Assembly: GCA_017412585.1 (NCBI GenBank) | Contig: JAFPXK010000085.1 | Span: 24,953-88,952, forward strand | DNA: 64,000 nt | Direction of reading: 5' to 3' | Source of the DNA: Oscillospiraceae bacterium | GTDB lineage: Bacteria; Bacillota; Clostridia; Oscillospirales; Oscillospiraceae | Part shown: positions 1 through 9,470 of the stretch, piece by piece | How positions within the stretch are numbered: the first letter of the stretch is position 1 | Layout: every line of letters begins with the position of its first letter | Translations under genes and position numbers: made by a program | The notes under the pieces: generated by a model | What the model saw: the letters and a program-made list of their open reading frames with translations, nothing else | What the model was told of the DNA's origin: nothing | The model's database searches: none

Positions 1-119
1 ACGCCGAGGTGGCCAAAATCATGCCCGACTACCGGCAGCGACAGGCGCTACTGCGGCCGTAAATCATCTATTTCGGGCCCATACTACGAAAAACACTCAC
101 AAGGAGAACGATGTAAACG

Positions 120-1148
120 ATGAAAAGGATTTTTGCTTTACTGCTGGCTTTAACACTTGTATTCTTGATGACTGCCTGCGGCGGAAACGCCCCTGCTACC
201 ACCCCGGAGACCGAGCCGGAAACGGTGACCGAGCCCCAGGGCACAGACGTGAATATCTATGTGCTGTCCGGCCCCACGGGGGTGGGCGCCATGAACCTGT
301 GGGCCCGCTCCGACGCCGGGGAGACCGGCAACACCTACCATTTCACCATGCCCGGCGCCAACGACGAGGTGGTGGCGGCGGTGTCCGGCGGTGAGGCGGA
401 TATTGCCTGCGTGGCCACCAACCTGGCGGCTACCCTGTACAACAAGACCCAGGGCGGCGTGTCCGTGCTGGCGGTGAACACCCTGGGTGTGCTGTCCATC
501 CTGGCCCCCGGCGAGGCCCCTGCCGCCATCGCCGATCTGAAGGGCCGCACCATCTATTCTCCCGGCCAGGGGGCCAACCCGGAGTATATCCTCCGCTACG
601 TCCTCGCCGGCAACGGCCTTGACCCCGACAGCGACGTGGATATCCGCTTCGTAGGCGAGGGCAGCGAGCTGATGACCGTCTGGCAATCCGACCCGGAGGC
701 CCTCATCATGGCCCCCCAGCCGGTGGCCACCAGCCTGCTGATGCAGACATTGGACAGTGTGCTGCCTGCTGTAAAGGCTTTTGACATGACGGAGGAGTGG
801 GACAAGATCGCAGGCGGCACCAGCACGTTGATGATGGGCTGCGTTATCGTCAATAACCAGTTCCTGGCGGATCATCCCGATGCGGTGGCCATCTTCCTGG
901 CCGAATACGCCGCCTCCATCGAGGCCGCCCAGACCGACGTGGAGGGTACGGCGGCCCTGTGCGAGCAGTACGGCCTTATTCCCAAGGCGGCCCTGGCGGC
1001 CAAGGCTATCCCCCAGTGCGGCCTGACGTTCCTCACCGGCGGTGAGATGAAGGCGGGGCTATCCGGTTATCTCCAGGTGATGTTTGACGCCAACCCCAAG
1101 AGCGTTGGCGGCGCCATGCCGTCTGATGACTTCTACTATGGGGCGTAA
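120..1148 (+). CDS. ABC transporter substrate-binding lipoprotein (NitT/TauT-type, NMT1/SsuA-like)
   Basis: 342-aa ORF with lipoprotein signal MKRIFALLLALTLVFLMTAC|GG. It is the first gene of an SBP-permease-ATPase triad with overlapping junctions. Confidence 0.8.
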   Translation: MKRIFALLLALTLVFLMTACGGNAPATTPETEPETVTEPQGTDVNIYVLSGPTGVGAMNLWARSDAGETGNTYHFTMPGANDEVVAAVSGGEADIACVATNLAATLYNKTQGGVSVLAVNTLGVLSILAPGEAPAAIADLKGRTIYSPGQGANPEYILRYVLAGNGLDPDSDVDIRFVGEGSELMTVWQSDPEALIMAPQPVATSLLMQTLDSVLPAVKAFDMTEEWDKIAGGTSTLMMGCVIVNNQFLADHPDAVAIFLAEYAASIEAAQTDVEGTAALCEQYGLIPKAALAAKAIPQCGLTFLTGGEMKAGLSGYLQVMFDANPKSVGGAMPSDDFYYGA

Positions 1149-1881
1149 CGGCTGGAAATACGCTGCTGCGGCGGTGTTTTGGCTGGCGGTGTGGCAGCTT
1201 TCCGCCGCCGTCGCCAACCGGACGCTGCTGATTCCCGTTCCCACGCCGCTGGACACGGCGGCGGCCCTGTGGCGCTTTGCCGGGCAGGGCAGCTTCTATC
1301 TGACGGTGGGGGCCTCGCTGCTGCGGATTCTGGCGGGCTTCCTCTCGGCTCTTATCGTGGGCACGGTGTGCGCCGTGCTGTCCGCCAAATGGGAGTGGTT
1401 TCACATTCTGACAGCCCCGCTGTTGCACTTGATTCGGGCTATTCCGGTGGCCAGCTTTACCATTCTGGTGTTCCTGTGGGTCAGCCGGGGCCGCATCCCC
1501 AGCACCATTAGCTTTTTCACCGTGCTGCCCATTGTGTGGGCTGACGTGGAGAGCGGCATCCGCACGGCGGACCGGCAGCTCTCGGAGATGGCCCATGTGT
1601 TCGGAATGAACCGCTGGCAGATTCTGCGGCGCATCACGCTGCCGGAGGCAGTGCCCTTCTTCCGCACCGCTGTGGCCGGGGGTCTGGGCTTCGCCTGGAA
1701 ATCCGGCGTGGCGGCGGAGGTCATTTGCCGCAGCCAGCGGTCCCTGGGCAATCTGCTGTGGGCGGGCAAAACCTCCGTCAGCTATGATGAGGTGTTTGCC
1801 GTCACGCTGGTGATCGTGCTGCTCAGCGCCGCGCTGCAATGGGTGGCCCGGCGGATTCTGAAGGGGGGCGGCGAGGCGTGA
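1138..1881 (+). CDS. ABC transporter permease (SsuC/TauC-like)
   Basis: Track ORF 1084..1881 trimmed to ATG 1138, which overlaps the SBP stop at 1146-1148. Multi-TM protein with an EAA-like loop (GMNRWQILRRITLPEAVPF). Confidence 0.8.
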   Translation: MGRNGWKYAAAAVFWLAVWQLSAAVANRTLLIPVPTPLDTAAALWRFAGQGSFYLTVGASLLRILAGFLSALIVGTVCAVLSAKWEWFHILTAPLLHLIRAIPVASFTILVFLWVSRGRIPSTISFFTVLPIVWADVESGIRTADRQLSEMAHVFGMNRWQILRRITLPEAVPFFRTAVAGGLGFAWKSGVAAEVICRSQRSLGNLLWAGKTSVSYDEVFAVTLVIVLLSAALQWVARRILKGGGEA

Positions 1882-2438
1882 TCTCCTTTGAAAACGTGAC
1901 CTTTGGCTATGCGCCCCGGCGGACGATTATTGAAAACCTGTCCCTGACGGCAGCGCCCGGGCAGCCGGTCTGCCTGTGGGGCCCCTCCGGCTGCGGCAAG
2001 ACCACCGTGCTGCGACTGGCCATGGGGCTGGAAAAGCCCCGCTCAGGTAAAATCGTCCGCCCGGAGGGGCTGCAAGTTTCGGCGGTATTCCAGGAGGACA
2101 GGCTGATCCGCACCAAAACGGTGCTGGAAAACGTGGCCCTGTTCTGCCCGGAAGCTGCCGCGGCGGAAATGCTGCGCCGTCTGGGCTTGGGGGAGGCGCT
2201 GGGCCAGAAGCCTACCGCTCTGTCCGGCGGCATGCGGCGGCGGGTGGCTCTGGTTCGGGCATTGGCCCACCCCTTTGAGGCGCTGGTGCTGGACGAAGCC
2301 CTCACCGGGCTGGACGACGACACCAAAGCCATCTGCCTCCGGGCGATCGGTGAGGCGGCGGCAGGGAAAACTCTGCTGCTTGCCACCCATGACAGAGCCG
2401 AGGCCGAGGCCCTGGGCGCCGCCGTCGTCACACTGTAA
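1878..2438 (+). CDS. ABC transporter ATP-binding protein
   Basis: Walker A GPSGCGKTT, signature LSGGMRRR, Walker B LVLDEA. GTG 1878 overlaps the permease stop (GTGA). In-frame ATG 1839 is the alternative start. Confidence 0.8.
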   Translation: MISFENVTFGYAPRRTIIENLSLTAAPGQPVCLWGPSGCGKTTVLRLAMGLEKPRSGKIVRPEGLQVSAVFQEDRLIRTKTVLENVALFCPEAAAAEMLRRLGLGEALGQKPTALSGGMRRRVALVRALAHPFEALVLDEALTGLDDDTKAICLRAIGEAAAGKTLLLATHDRAEAEALGAAVVTL

Positions 2439-2442
2439 AATA

Positions 2443-2475
2443 AAAGAGAGGCGCAAGCGCGTCTCTCTTTTATTT
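2443..2475 (+). terminator. Rho-independent terminator after the ABC operon
   Basis: Hairpin aaagagaggcgc-aa-gcgc(gt)ctctcttt followed by a T-rich run, 5 nt after the stop codon. Confidence 0.6.
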
Positions 2476-2775
2476 CGTCAGAATCATTTTTGAGGAGGTT
2501 GACTGTCGGCAGCCTTTGAGGATAGAAAGGAAAAGCAAGTCAGTAATGAATTACAATGCGTACAATACACCATAAGGAAAAAATAGTAAAGCGACAAATA
2601 ATCATTTTAGCATGATAAACTGTAATATATGCCGAACGCACAGGGGCAGGGTCGCAGTATGGTTCGCAATTTGTCTATTATTATAGAATAAACGAGGGAA
2701 TCGGAAGGATAGCTTGCATTTATCGGCTCATTACTGTATACTTAATGATGAAATAATGTCATGGGGAGGTGTGCC

Positions 2776-3648
2776 ATGGACAGCAAAAAACTGGATGCGC
2801 TGGTGACGGCGGTGGAGCTGGGCAGCTTCACCCAGGCGGCTGCCCAGCTTGGCTACACCCAGTCCGGCATGACCCACATGATGAACAGTCTGGAAAAGGA
2901 GCTGGGCTTCGCTGTGCTGGTCCGCTCCCGCAGCGGCGTGCATCTCACGGCGGCAGGGGAGCGGGTGTTTCCTCTGGTAAAGGATTGCCTGCGCTCCCAG
3001 CGGATGCTGGAGCGGGAGATCCGCATGGTCAACAGCCGCAAGGAGGACGCCATCCGCGTGGCGTCCTACGGTAGCATTGCCACCCATTGGCTTCCGGCTG
3101 TGATACGGCAGTTTCGCGCAGCCCATAAGGAGATCAGCGTGGACTTGCAGGTGGGCTCCGTGGAGGAGGTGTTCCGCGCCGTCCGGGAGGGCAGGGTAGA
3201 CGTGGCCTTCACCAGCCGCCGCGACTGCAGCGACCTGGATTGGCTGCCTCTGAAGAATGACCCCCTGCTGGCGGTGCTGCCCCTTGACTATGACGTGCAG
3301 GGGGCGGACAGCTTTCCCATGGAGGCCTTTTCCGGCAGGGATTTTTTTCTGCCCGCCATGGGCTTTGAGGTGGACATTCTGCCCCCGCTGAGCCGCCGGG
3401 GCGTCACCCCTAACATCCAGAATGTACAGGTGGGCGACAGTGCCGTCATCTCCCTGGTGGAGCAGGGCCTGGGGCTTAGCATCCTGTCGGAGCTGGTGCT
3501 GACGGGCCGGCGCGACGCCGTCCAGGCGCTGCCCCTTTCACCGCCTGCCGCCCGTGAGCTGGGCATCGCCTACCGCGGCAACGAGCCCCTTTCTCCCCTG
3601 ACCCGCCAGTTTATGCGTCTGGCCCGGGAGATCATACAAAACCTATAA
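2776..3648 (+). CDS. LysR-family transcriptional regulator
   Basis: N-terminal wHTH (LGSFTQAAAQLGYTQSGMTHMMNSLEKELG) plus a LysR effector domain. ATG 2776 lies 6 nt after GGGGAGG; the track ORF starts at 2761. Confidence 0.85.
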   Translation: MDSKKLDALVTAVELGSFTQAAAQLGYTQSGMTHMMNSLEKELGFAVLVRSRSGVHLTAAGERVFPLVKDCLRSQRMLEREIRMVNSRKEDAIRVASYGSIATHWLPAVIRQFRAAHKEISVDLQVGSVEEVFRAVREGRVDVAFTSRRDCSDLDWLPLKNDPLLAVLPLDYDVQGADSFPMEAFSGRDFFLPAMGFEVDILPPLSRRGVTPNIQNVQVGDSAVISLVEQGLGLSILSELVLTGRRDAVQALPLSPPAARELGIAYRGNEPLSPLTRQFMRLAREIIQNL

Positions 3649-3663
3649 GCAACGAGGAAAGAT

Positions 3664-5061
3664 ATGTTACAGTTTCATCCGCTGGAGCAGCGGGATATCC
3701 CCCAATTAAGAGAGTATTACGCCCGGTGCGGCTATCGCCTGTGCGAGTACGCCGTAGGCACCAAGTATATGTGGCGCAGCTATCTTCACCCGGCCTGGGC
3801 GGAGGCGGCGGGCTGCCTCATCATCCGCAACACCATCGAGGGCAAGGTGCAGTTCGACTACCCCATTCCCGGCGAGCACGGCGACGAGGACGCCGCCCTC
3901 ACCGCCATTGAGCGCTATTGCACCGAGAAGGGCATCCAGCCGGTGCTGTCGGTGGTGCCGGAGGCAAAAGCCCCGCTTTTGACCGCCCGCTATCCCCGGG
4001 TGGAGGTGCTGAACCTCCGGGTGTGGAAGGATTACATCTACCGCGCCCAGGATCTCATCGCTTTCGCCGGGCGCCATTACAGCGGTCAGCGCAACCATAT
4101 TCACCGCTTCCGCCGGGAACATCCCGACGCTTTTTTCCGTCCTATTACGGAAGAGGACGGCGGCCTGCTGGCCCGGTTCTGGGAGGATTACGGCGCCGAG
4201 TTTACCAAGGAGGATAAGCTGGCCCGGTGGGAGCTGGAGGAGGCCCGGGAGATGTTTGGCCTCCTGGGCACCGGGGCCTTCGTGGCCGGCGGCATGATGG
4301 ACGGCGGCAGACTCATCGCCGTGTGTCTGGCGGAGAAGTGCGGCGACACGCTGGTGGACCACATCGAGAAGGCCCTGTACTCCTACGACGGCGTGTATCC
4401 CACCATGGTGCAGGAGTTCGCCGCCCGCTACGCCGCCGACTGCCAGTGGATCAACCGGGAGGACGACGCCCGGGACAAGGGCCTGCGCACCTCCAAGCTG
4501 CAATATCTCCCGGCGGAGCTGGGCAGCAAATACCACTTTGCCGTGGGCAACGAGCTGGAGCTGCTGAAGGCCATCCCCACCCTCCACACTGACCGCCTGA
4601 CCCTGGACGCTTTGACAGAGGATGACAAGGCGGCCTACAACGCCCTGTGCCTGGACGATGACCGCAACCGCTGGTGGGGCTATGACTACCGCACCGATCT
4701 GCAGGGCGAGCTGACGGAGGATTACTTCCTGGACATGGCCCGTGAGGACTTCTCCCGCCGCCAGGCGGTGAATTTCGCCCTGCGGCTGGAGGGACAGTGC
4801 ATCGGCGAGGCGGTGCTGTACAACTGCGACTGGCGGGGCGGCATGGAGCTGGGCTGCCGCGTGGCCCCGGCCTACGCCGGCCACGGCTATGGCACCGAGG
4901 CCTTTGCCGCCGTGGCGGAGTGGGCGCTGTACCGCCTGGGGCTTGCCAAAGTGGTGGCAAAGTGCTATCGTGAGAACGAGCCCTCCTTCCGCATGCTGTC
5001 CTCCTGTATGCGCAAGGTGGGGGAGGACGAAACCTTCTTCTATTTTGAGAAAACAGTATAA
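3664..5061 (+). CDS. DUF2156-like (MprF C-terminal-like) domain fused to GNAT N-acetyltransferase
   Basis: 465-aa ORF starting 16 nt after lysR. The N-terminal ~300 aa resemble DUF2156/LPG-synthase-C. The C-terminal ~150 aa are RimJ/RimL-like GNAT. Family assignment is by eye. Confidence 0.6.
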   Translation: MLQFHPLEQRDIPQLREYYARCGYRLCEYAVGTKYMWRSYLHPAWAEAAGCLIIRNTIEGKVQFDYPIPGEHGDEDAALTAIERYCTEKGIQPVLSVVPEAKAPLLTARYPRVEVLNLRVWKDYIYRAQDLIAFAGRHYSGQRNHIHRFRREHPDAFFRPITEEDGGLLARFWEDYGAEFTKEDKLARWELEEAREMFGLLGTGAFVAGGMMDGGRLIAVCLAEKCGDTLVDHIEKALYSYDGVYPTMVQEFAARYAADCQWINREDDARDKGLRTSKLQYLPAELGSKYHFAVGNELELLKAIPTLHTDRLTLDALTEDDKAAYNALCLDDDRNRWWGYDYRTDLQGELTEDYFLDMAREDFSRRQAVNFALRLEGQCIGEAVLYNCDWRGGMELGCRVAPAYAGHGYGTEAFAAVAEWALYRLGLAKVVAKCYRENEPSFRMLSSCMRKVGEDETFFYFEKTV

Positions 5062-5094
5062 ATCCCCAATTCACAGAGAAAGGGGGGACAGCCG

Positions 5095-6033
5095 GTGGCT
5101 GTCAGAAGAAAGAGAAAACGCTACCGCGGCAGACGGCTGCGGCCCCAGTTTATATTGTTTTGTGCCGTGATGGCGGCGCTGCTGTGCGGCGGGGCGCTGC
5201 TGGTGCGCCGGGCCCCGGTATTTCGCCATAACGCCACCCCCGTCCAAAGCGGCGACCCGGCGACGGGCGACCTATCCGCCATCCCGGCGGGCTACGTTAC
5301 GGCGGAGGGTGACATCCACAGCGGCTCTCTGATTTTGGTGAGCAACGACCACCCCTACACCTTCCCGGCGGACGTGGAGCTGGTGACCACTTTGGAGCAG
5401 AACATCAGCGGCTACATGGCCCGGGACTATACGGTAAAGCAGGAAAAGACTGCCTTTGCCGCCTTTGACAGCCTGCTTCGCGCCTTTGCCGCCGCCACCG
5501 GCAGGGAGGACGTGAACATCTCCTCCGCCTACCGCAGCTACGATGAGCAGCAGGCAGTGTACGCCGCCTCTGCGGCAGAGAACGGGCAGGACCATGCCGA
5601 CAGTTACGTGACCCAGCCGGGGTGCAGCGAGCACCACACCGGCCTGGCGGTGGATCTGACACGCTACGATGTGCGGACGGGCCATTCCTACGACTTCACC
5701 GGCGAGGGGGAGTATGGCTGGATTCACACCCACGGCCCGGAGTACGGCATCGTCATGCGCTACGCCGCCGACAAGGAAGCCATCACCGGCATTGCCGAGG
5801 AGAGCTGGCATCTGCGTTACGTGGGCGTGCCCCACGCCGCCTATATGGCGGAGCACAACCTGTGCCTGGAGGAGTATATCGACCTGCTGCGCAGCTATCC
5901 GGTGTCAAATCCCTTGCGATACAAGGGCTGCCGCATCTACTTCTGCCCGGAGGGGCAGCTATGGGTGCCGGAAGAGGAGAACTACACCCTGTCCGGCAAC
6001 AACGTGGACGGCTTTATCGTGACAGTTTCGTAA
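5095..6033 (+). CDS. VanY/M15B-family D-alanyl-D-alanine carboxypeptidase, membrane anchored
   Basis: Basic N-terminus plus one TM. Zn-peptidase motifs CSEHHTGLAVDL (SxHxxGxAxD) and ESWHLRY (ExxH). Confidence 0.8.
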   Translation: MAVRRKRKRYRGRRLRPQFILFCAVMAALLCGGALLVRRAPVFRHNATPVQSGDPATGDLSAIPAGYVTAEGDIHSGSLILVSNDHPYTFPADVELVTTLEQNISGYMARDYTVKQEKTAFAAFDSLLRAFAAATGREDVNISSAYRSYDEQQAVYAASAAENGQDHADSYVTQPGCSEHHTGLAVDLTRYDVRTGHSYDFTGEGEYGWIHTHGPEYGIVMRYAADKEAITGIAEESWHLRYVGVPHAAYMAEHNLCLEEYIDLLRSYPVSNPLRYKGCRIYFCPEGQLWVPEEENYTLSGNNVDGFIVTVS

Positions 6034-6034
6034 A

Positions 6035-6068
6035 GAAAACACCGAAGGACGGCTCCTTCGGTGTTTTC
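6035..6068. terminator. Bidirectional hairpin terminator between convergent genes
   Basis: 15-bp stem gaaaacaccgaagga / tccttcggtgttttc with loop cggc, flanked by A and T runs. Confidence 0.65.
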
Positions 6069-6070
6069 TG

Positions 6071-6505
6071 TTACATAAACTGGCGCATCTCCATGCCCAG
6101 CTGCTCCTCCACCGCCACCAACGTGCGGCACAGGGCCCGGGCGGGCACCTCCGCCCCCTTGTACTGGTCCAGATAGCCCCGCAGGGACTTGGCGCCCATG
6201 TGGCAGCCGTCGGAGATCAGCGAGGCTACCGATTTGTCGCTGTTGTCCATGGTGAGATGGGCGGCGGTCTTCATCTCTGCCATCTTCCGGGCCACGGGAT
6301 GGGGCTCCTTCTCGTTGCCGCCGCATTTTTCCAGCATGGTCTGTACCTCCCGGCCAATCCATTCATGCTGCTGGCGGCTGGTGTTCAGCAGGGCCTTCAG
6401 GGCCGGGGCCTGAGCGTGCTCCCGTACGCCGTCCAGGGAGTCGGTGGCCATCTTCACCCCGGCGTCGCACTCCTTCAGCAGGTGCAGTGTATCGTTGTTG
6501 GTCAT
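6071..6505 (-). CDS. hypothetical helical protein (144 aa)
   Basis: RBS TAAGGAGGA lies 6 nt upstream of the ATG. Protein-like composition, with only shadow ORFs opposite. No family recognised. Confidence 0.6.
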   Translation of the reverse strand: MTNNDTLHLLKECDAGVKMATDSLDGVREHAQAPALKALLNTSRQQHEWIGREVQTMLEKCGGNEKEPHPVARKMAEMKTAAHLTMDNSDKSVASLISDGCHMGAKSLRGYLDQYKGAEVPARALCRTLVAVEEQLGMEMRQFM

Positions 6506-6517
6506 AGCGCGTCCTCC

Positions 6518-6697
6518 TTAAAATGCCTGGGGGCGGTCCTCAAAGGAAAGATTCTCCGCCTCCCGCTGCAAATCGTCCATGGTGCGGATGCCCAGCCCCC
6601 ACAGCTTCTCCTGGGCCTGGGGCGACAGGGCGTAAAAGTACTCGTAGGCGGCGGCGTCGCCGTTCAAAAGGTCGTTCAAATCCGTATTCTGCCACAT
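6518..6697 (-). CDS. hypothetical small protein (59 aa, below track cutoff)
   Basis: Own translation: MWQNTDLNDLLNGDAAAYEYFYALSPQAQEKLWGLGIRTMDDLQREAENLSFEDRPQAF. GGAGG lies 8 nt upstream of ATG 6697. The stop abuts the RBS of the next gene. Confidence 0.45.
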   Translation of the reverse strand: MWQNTDLNDLLNGDAAAYEYFYALSPQAQEKLWGLGIRTMDDLQREAENLSFEDRPQAF

Positions 6698-6750
6698 AGA
6701 AAAACACCTCCGCGCCTATTTTGCGCGAAGGTGTCTCTTTTATGCGGCTT

Positions 6751-8031
6751 TTACCGCTGATATTCAAACTCCAGGTCGTACATGGAAACGATGTCGCCGT
6801 CCTGGATGCCCATGGCCTCCAGCTGGTCGAACAGGCCGGACTGACGCAGCATCTTGTCAAAATACATGCGGCTCTCGTAATCGGAGAAGTTGATGTTGCC
6901 CATAAGCCGCTGCAGCCAGGGGCCCTCCACCAGCCAGGTGTTGTCCTCCCGCTCAATGTGGAGCGGCTCGCTGGTGTCCACCTGGGGCGGACGGGGCACA
7001 TACTCCGGCTCATACACCGTGACGGGGGGCAGCTCCTGCAGCCGCTGGCCGATGAGCTGCACCAGTTCCCGGGTGCCCTGGTGGGTGGCGGCGGACATGG
7101 CCAGCACCGGGTAGCCCAGGGCGGCCACGTGGGCGCGGAAGTCCTCCAAAAGCTGGGGGTCGGAGAGCAAATCCGTCTTGTTGGCCACCACAATCTGGGG
7201 CCGGGTAGCCAGGTCGGGGGAGTACTGCTTCAATTCCTCGTTGATGGCATCGAAGTCGGAGATGGGGTCCCGGCCCTCGCTGCCGCTGACGTCCACCAGA
7301 TGCACCAGCAGCCGGCAGCGGTCAATGTGCCGCAAAAAGTCGTGGCCCAGGCCGGCGCCCTCGCTGGCACCCTCAATGATGCCGGGGATGTCTGCCATCA
7401 CGAAGCTGACGCCGTCATCCACGTATACCACGCCCAGGTTGGGGTAGAGGGTGGTGAAGTGGTAGTTGGCAATCTTGGGATGGGCCTTGCTGACCACGGA
7501 CAGGAGGGTGGATTTGCCCACGTTGGGGAAACCCACCAGCCCCACGTCTGCCAGCAGCTTCAGCTCCAGCACCACGTCGTGGGCCTCGCCGGGCAGGCCC
7601 GCCTTGGCAAACCGGGGCACCTGCCGGGTGGGGGTGGCGAAGTGCTGGTTGCCCCAGCCGCCCCGGCCGCCCTTGCACAGCACGAAGGGCTCGTCGGTGG
7701 ACATATCCTTGATGATCTCATTTGTCTCCGCGTCACGGACAAGGGTGCCCCGGGGCACCCGAATGGTGAGGTTCTCGCCGTCCCGGCCGCTCTTGCGTCC
7801 GCCGGCGCCGTCCACCCCGTTGGAGGCCACGTATTTGCGCTTGTAGCGGAAGTCCATCAGCGTGGACATGTGGTCGTCCACCACCAGGATGATGGAGCCG
7901 CCGTCGCCGCCGTCACCGCCGTCGGGGCCACCGGCGGCCACGTACTTCTCCCGGTGGAAGGCCACCGCGCCGTTGCCGCCGTTGCCGGCCCGGCAGGTGA
8001 TGCGGGCCTTATCAATAAAACCAGTTGCCAT
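6751..8031 (-). CDS. obg: GTPase Obg/CgtA
   Basis: Glycine-rich Obg fold (GGPDGGDGGDGG), G1 GFPNVGKST, G3 DIPG, G4 NKTD. C-terminal OCT extension typical of Firmicutes. Confidence 0.95.
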   Translation of the reverse strand: MATGFIDKARITCRAGNGGNGAVAFHREKYVAAGGPDGGDGGDGGSIILVVDDHMSTLMDFRYKRKYVASNGVDGAGGRKSGRDGENLTIRVPRGTLVRDAETNEIIKDMSTDEPFVLCKGGRGGWGNQHFATPTRQVPRFAKAGLPGEAHDVVLELKLLADVGLVGFPNVGKSTLLSVVSKAHPKIANYHFTTLYPNLGVVYVDDGVSFVMADIPGIIEGASEGAGLGHDFLRHIDRCRLLVHLVDVSGSEGRDPISDFDAINEELKQYSPDLATRPQIVVANKTDLLSDPQLLEDFRAHVAALGYPVLAMSAATHQGTRELVQLIGQRLQELPPVTVYEPEYVPRPPQVDTSEPLHIEREDNTWLVEGPWLQRLMGNINFSDYESRMYFDKMLRQSGLFDQLEAMGIQDGDIVSMYDLEFEYQR

Positions 8032-8187
8032 AGTGAAAATACCTCAAATCCAGTGTACCGTTTTCCGACCCATTTTATCCGAAAACCCGCCGTCCGTCAA
8101 GAGGCGGGAGTGGCGATGCATTGCATACTGAACAAGATTAGTCAAAGGTAAATCATAAAGACAGCGTTTCGCCACGCATGGGGGATT

Positions 8188-8322
8188 GTGAAGGGGGATG
8201 GGAGTCCCCCTTCACGTGAAATTTATGCAAAAGCAGGAGCATCTTGGATGCTCCTGCTTTTGCACTTTAAACTGTCGACACTTTGTCGACAGTTTAAAGT
8301 TCCCAGCCATCGGGCTGGGAAC
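8188..8322. repeat. Four abutting perfect palindromes (stems 11, 18, 16 and 10 bp) between rpmA and obg
   Basis: Hairpins at 8188-8215, 8226-8264, 8265-8299 and 8299-8322, read directly from the sequence. At least one is likely the rpmA terminator. Confidence 0.7.
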
Positions 8323-8334
8323 TTTGCACATCAA

Positions 8335-8619
8335 TTACTCGGCGGGGTAAACAGAGACCTTCTTACGATCCTTGCCCAGACGCTCGAAACGGACTACGCC
8401 GTCAGCGGTGGCAAACAGGGTGTCGTCGGTACCGATGCCCACGTTGGTGCCGGGATGAATGTGGGTGCCGCGCTGGCGCACCAGAATGTTACCGGCCAGA
8501 ACGAACTGACCGTCAGCCCGCTTGGGCCCAAGACGCTTGGACTCAGAGTCACGGCCGTTCTTGGTGGAGCCCATACCTTTTTTATGGGCGAAGAACTGCA
8601 GACCAATGTTCAACATCAT
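8335..8619 (-). CDS. rpmA: 50S ribosomal protein L27 with cleavable N-terminal extension
   Basis: [10 protein letters not shown]|[15 protein letters not shown]. This is the Firmicutes-type propeptide ending in FF-A. Confidence 0.95.
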   Translation of the reverse strand: MMLNIGLQFFAHKKGMGSTKNGRDSESKRLGPKRADGQFVLAGNILVRQRGTHIHPGTNVGIGTDDTLFATADGVVRFERLGKDRKKVSVYPAE

Positions 8620-8660
8620 TCAGTACATCCTTTCTATAAGATGATCGGGGAGAAGGGGGC

Positions 8661-8990
8661 TTACGCCTCCATCACTTCGATATGTTCCGGATACTCGTCG
8701 TGAAGCTCCGTCAGGTAGACCATGAGGCCCGTCAGCAGATTCTGACAGGTGGACTCAGCCGTCTGACCCAGGCCTCCGGGAAGCCGGAGGGCGATGGTGG
8801 CGGTGTCTTCATTGACTTTCACCGAGGCGCACAGCCCCATCACGTCGTTGATGGTGGCGTTCACCAGGCGCACGGCGCTGGTGATGGCGGCGCAGACGAT
8901 ATCCTCGCCCGCCTCGCCGTAGCCGCTGTGGCCCACTGCATCAAATCCGATGATGCGGCGTTCCTCCGTGAGGAATGTTACGGTCGTCAT
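8661..8990 (-). CDS. prp: ribosomal-processing cysteine protease Prp
   Basis: 109 aa, located between rplU and rpmA. Contains GHSGYGEAGEDIVCAAITS (His/Cys dyad region). Confidence 0.9.
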   Translation of the reverse strand: MTTVTFLTEERRIIGFDAVGHSGYGEAGEDIVCAAITSAVRLVNATINDVMGLCASVKVNEDTATIALRLPGGLGQTAESTCQNLLTGLMVYLTELHDEYPEHIEVMEA

Positions 8991-8993
8991 GCC

Positions 8994-9305
8994 TTAGAAA
9001 GAAATCTTGCCGATTTCCACCTTGGTGTAAGGCTGACGATGACCCTGGCGTTTACGATAGCCCTTCTTGGGGGTGTACTTGAAGATACGAATCTTCTTGC
9101 CCTTGCCGTTCTTCACGACCTTGGCGTCCACCTTCGCGCCCTCCACCACGGGAGTGCCGAACTTGGTGTTCTCACCATCCACGATGGCCAGAACCTGATC
9201 GAAAACCACGCTGTCACCAGCCTCAACGGGCAGCTTCTCGATGAACAGAGTGTCACCCTCGCTGACGTTGTACTGCTTACCACCGGTTACGATAATAGCC
9301 TGCAT
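8994..9305 (-). CDS. rplU: 50S ribosomal protein L21
   Basis: [25 protein letters not shown]...[19 protein letters not shown]. First gene of the rplU-prp-rpmA operon. Confidence 0.95.
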   Translation of the reverse strand: MQAIIVTGGKQYNVSEGDTLFIEKLPVEAGDSVVFDQVLAIVDGENTKFGTPVVEGAKVDAKVVKNGKGKKIRIFKYTPKKGYRKRQGHRQPYTKVEIGKISF

Positions 9306-9470
9306 TTGTGTGTTGCACCTACCTTTCCTTTATGACGGACTCGCTGTCGGGGGCGTCCGGAGCCATGTCCGGCCCTTATGACCCATTCAAAGCGGCTTTC
9401 CTATTATAGCGATGGAACTGCCTTTTGTCAACAAATTTCCGGGATATTTTTTATCTATTTCGCTGAAATT

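Noticed and set aside
1-62. 3' end of an upstream + strand gene (…AEVAKIMPDYRQRQALLRP*)
   Set aside because: Only 20 codons are visible, which is too short to call a product.
2476-2760. 285-bp AT-rich spacer upstream of the LysR gene as an sRNA or mobile remnant
   Set aside because: It contains no repeats, structured motifs or ORFs above a few codons. It is most simply a promoter or regulatory spacer.
9306-9470. L21 ribosomal leader RNA upstream of rplU
   Set aside because: It is expected by analogy with Bacillus. I could not recognise the conserved structure by eye, so it needs an Rfam/Infernal scan.
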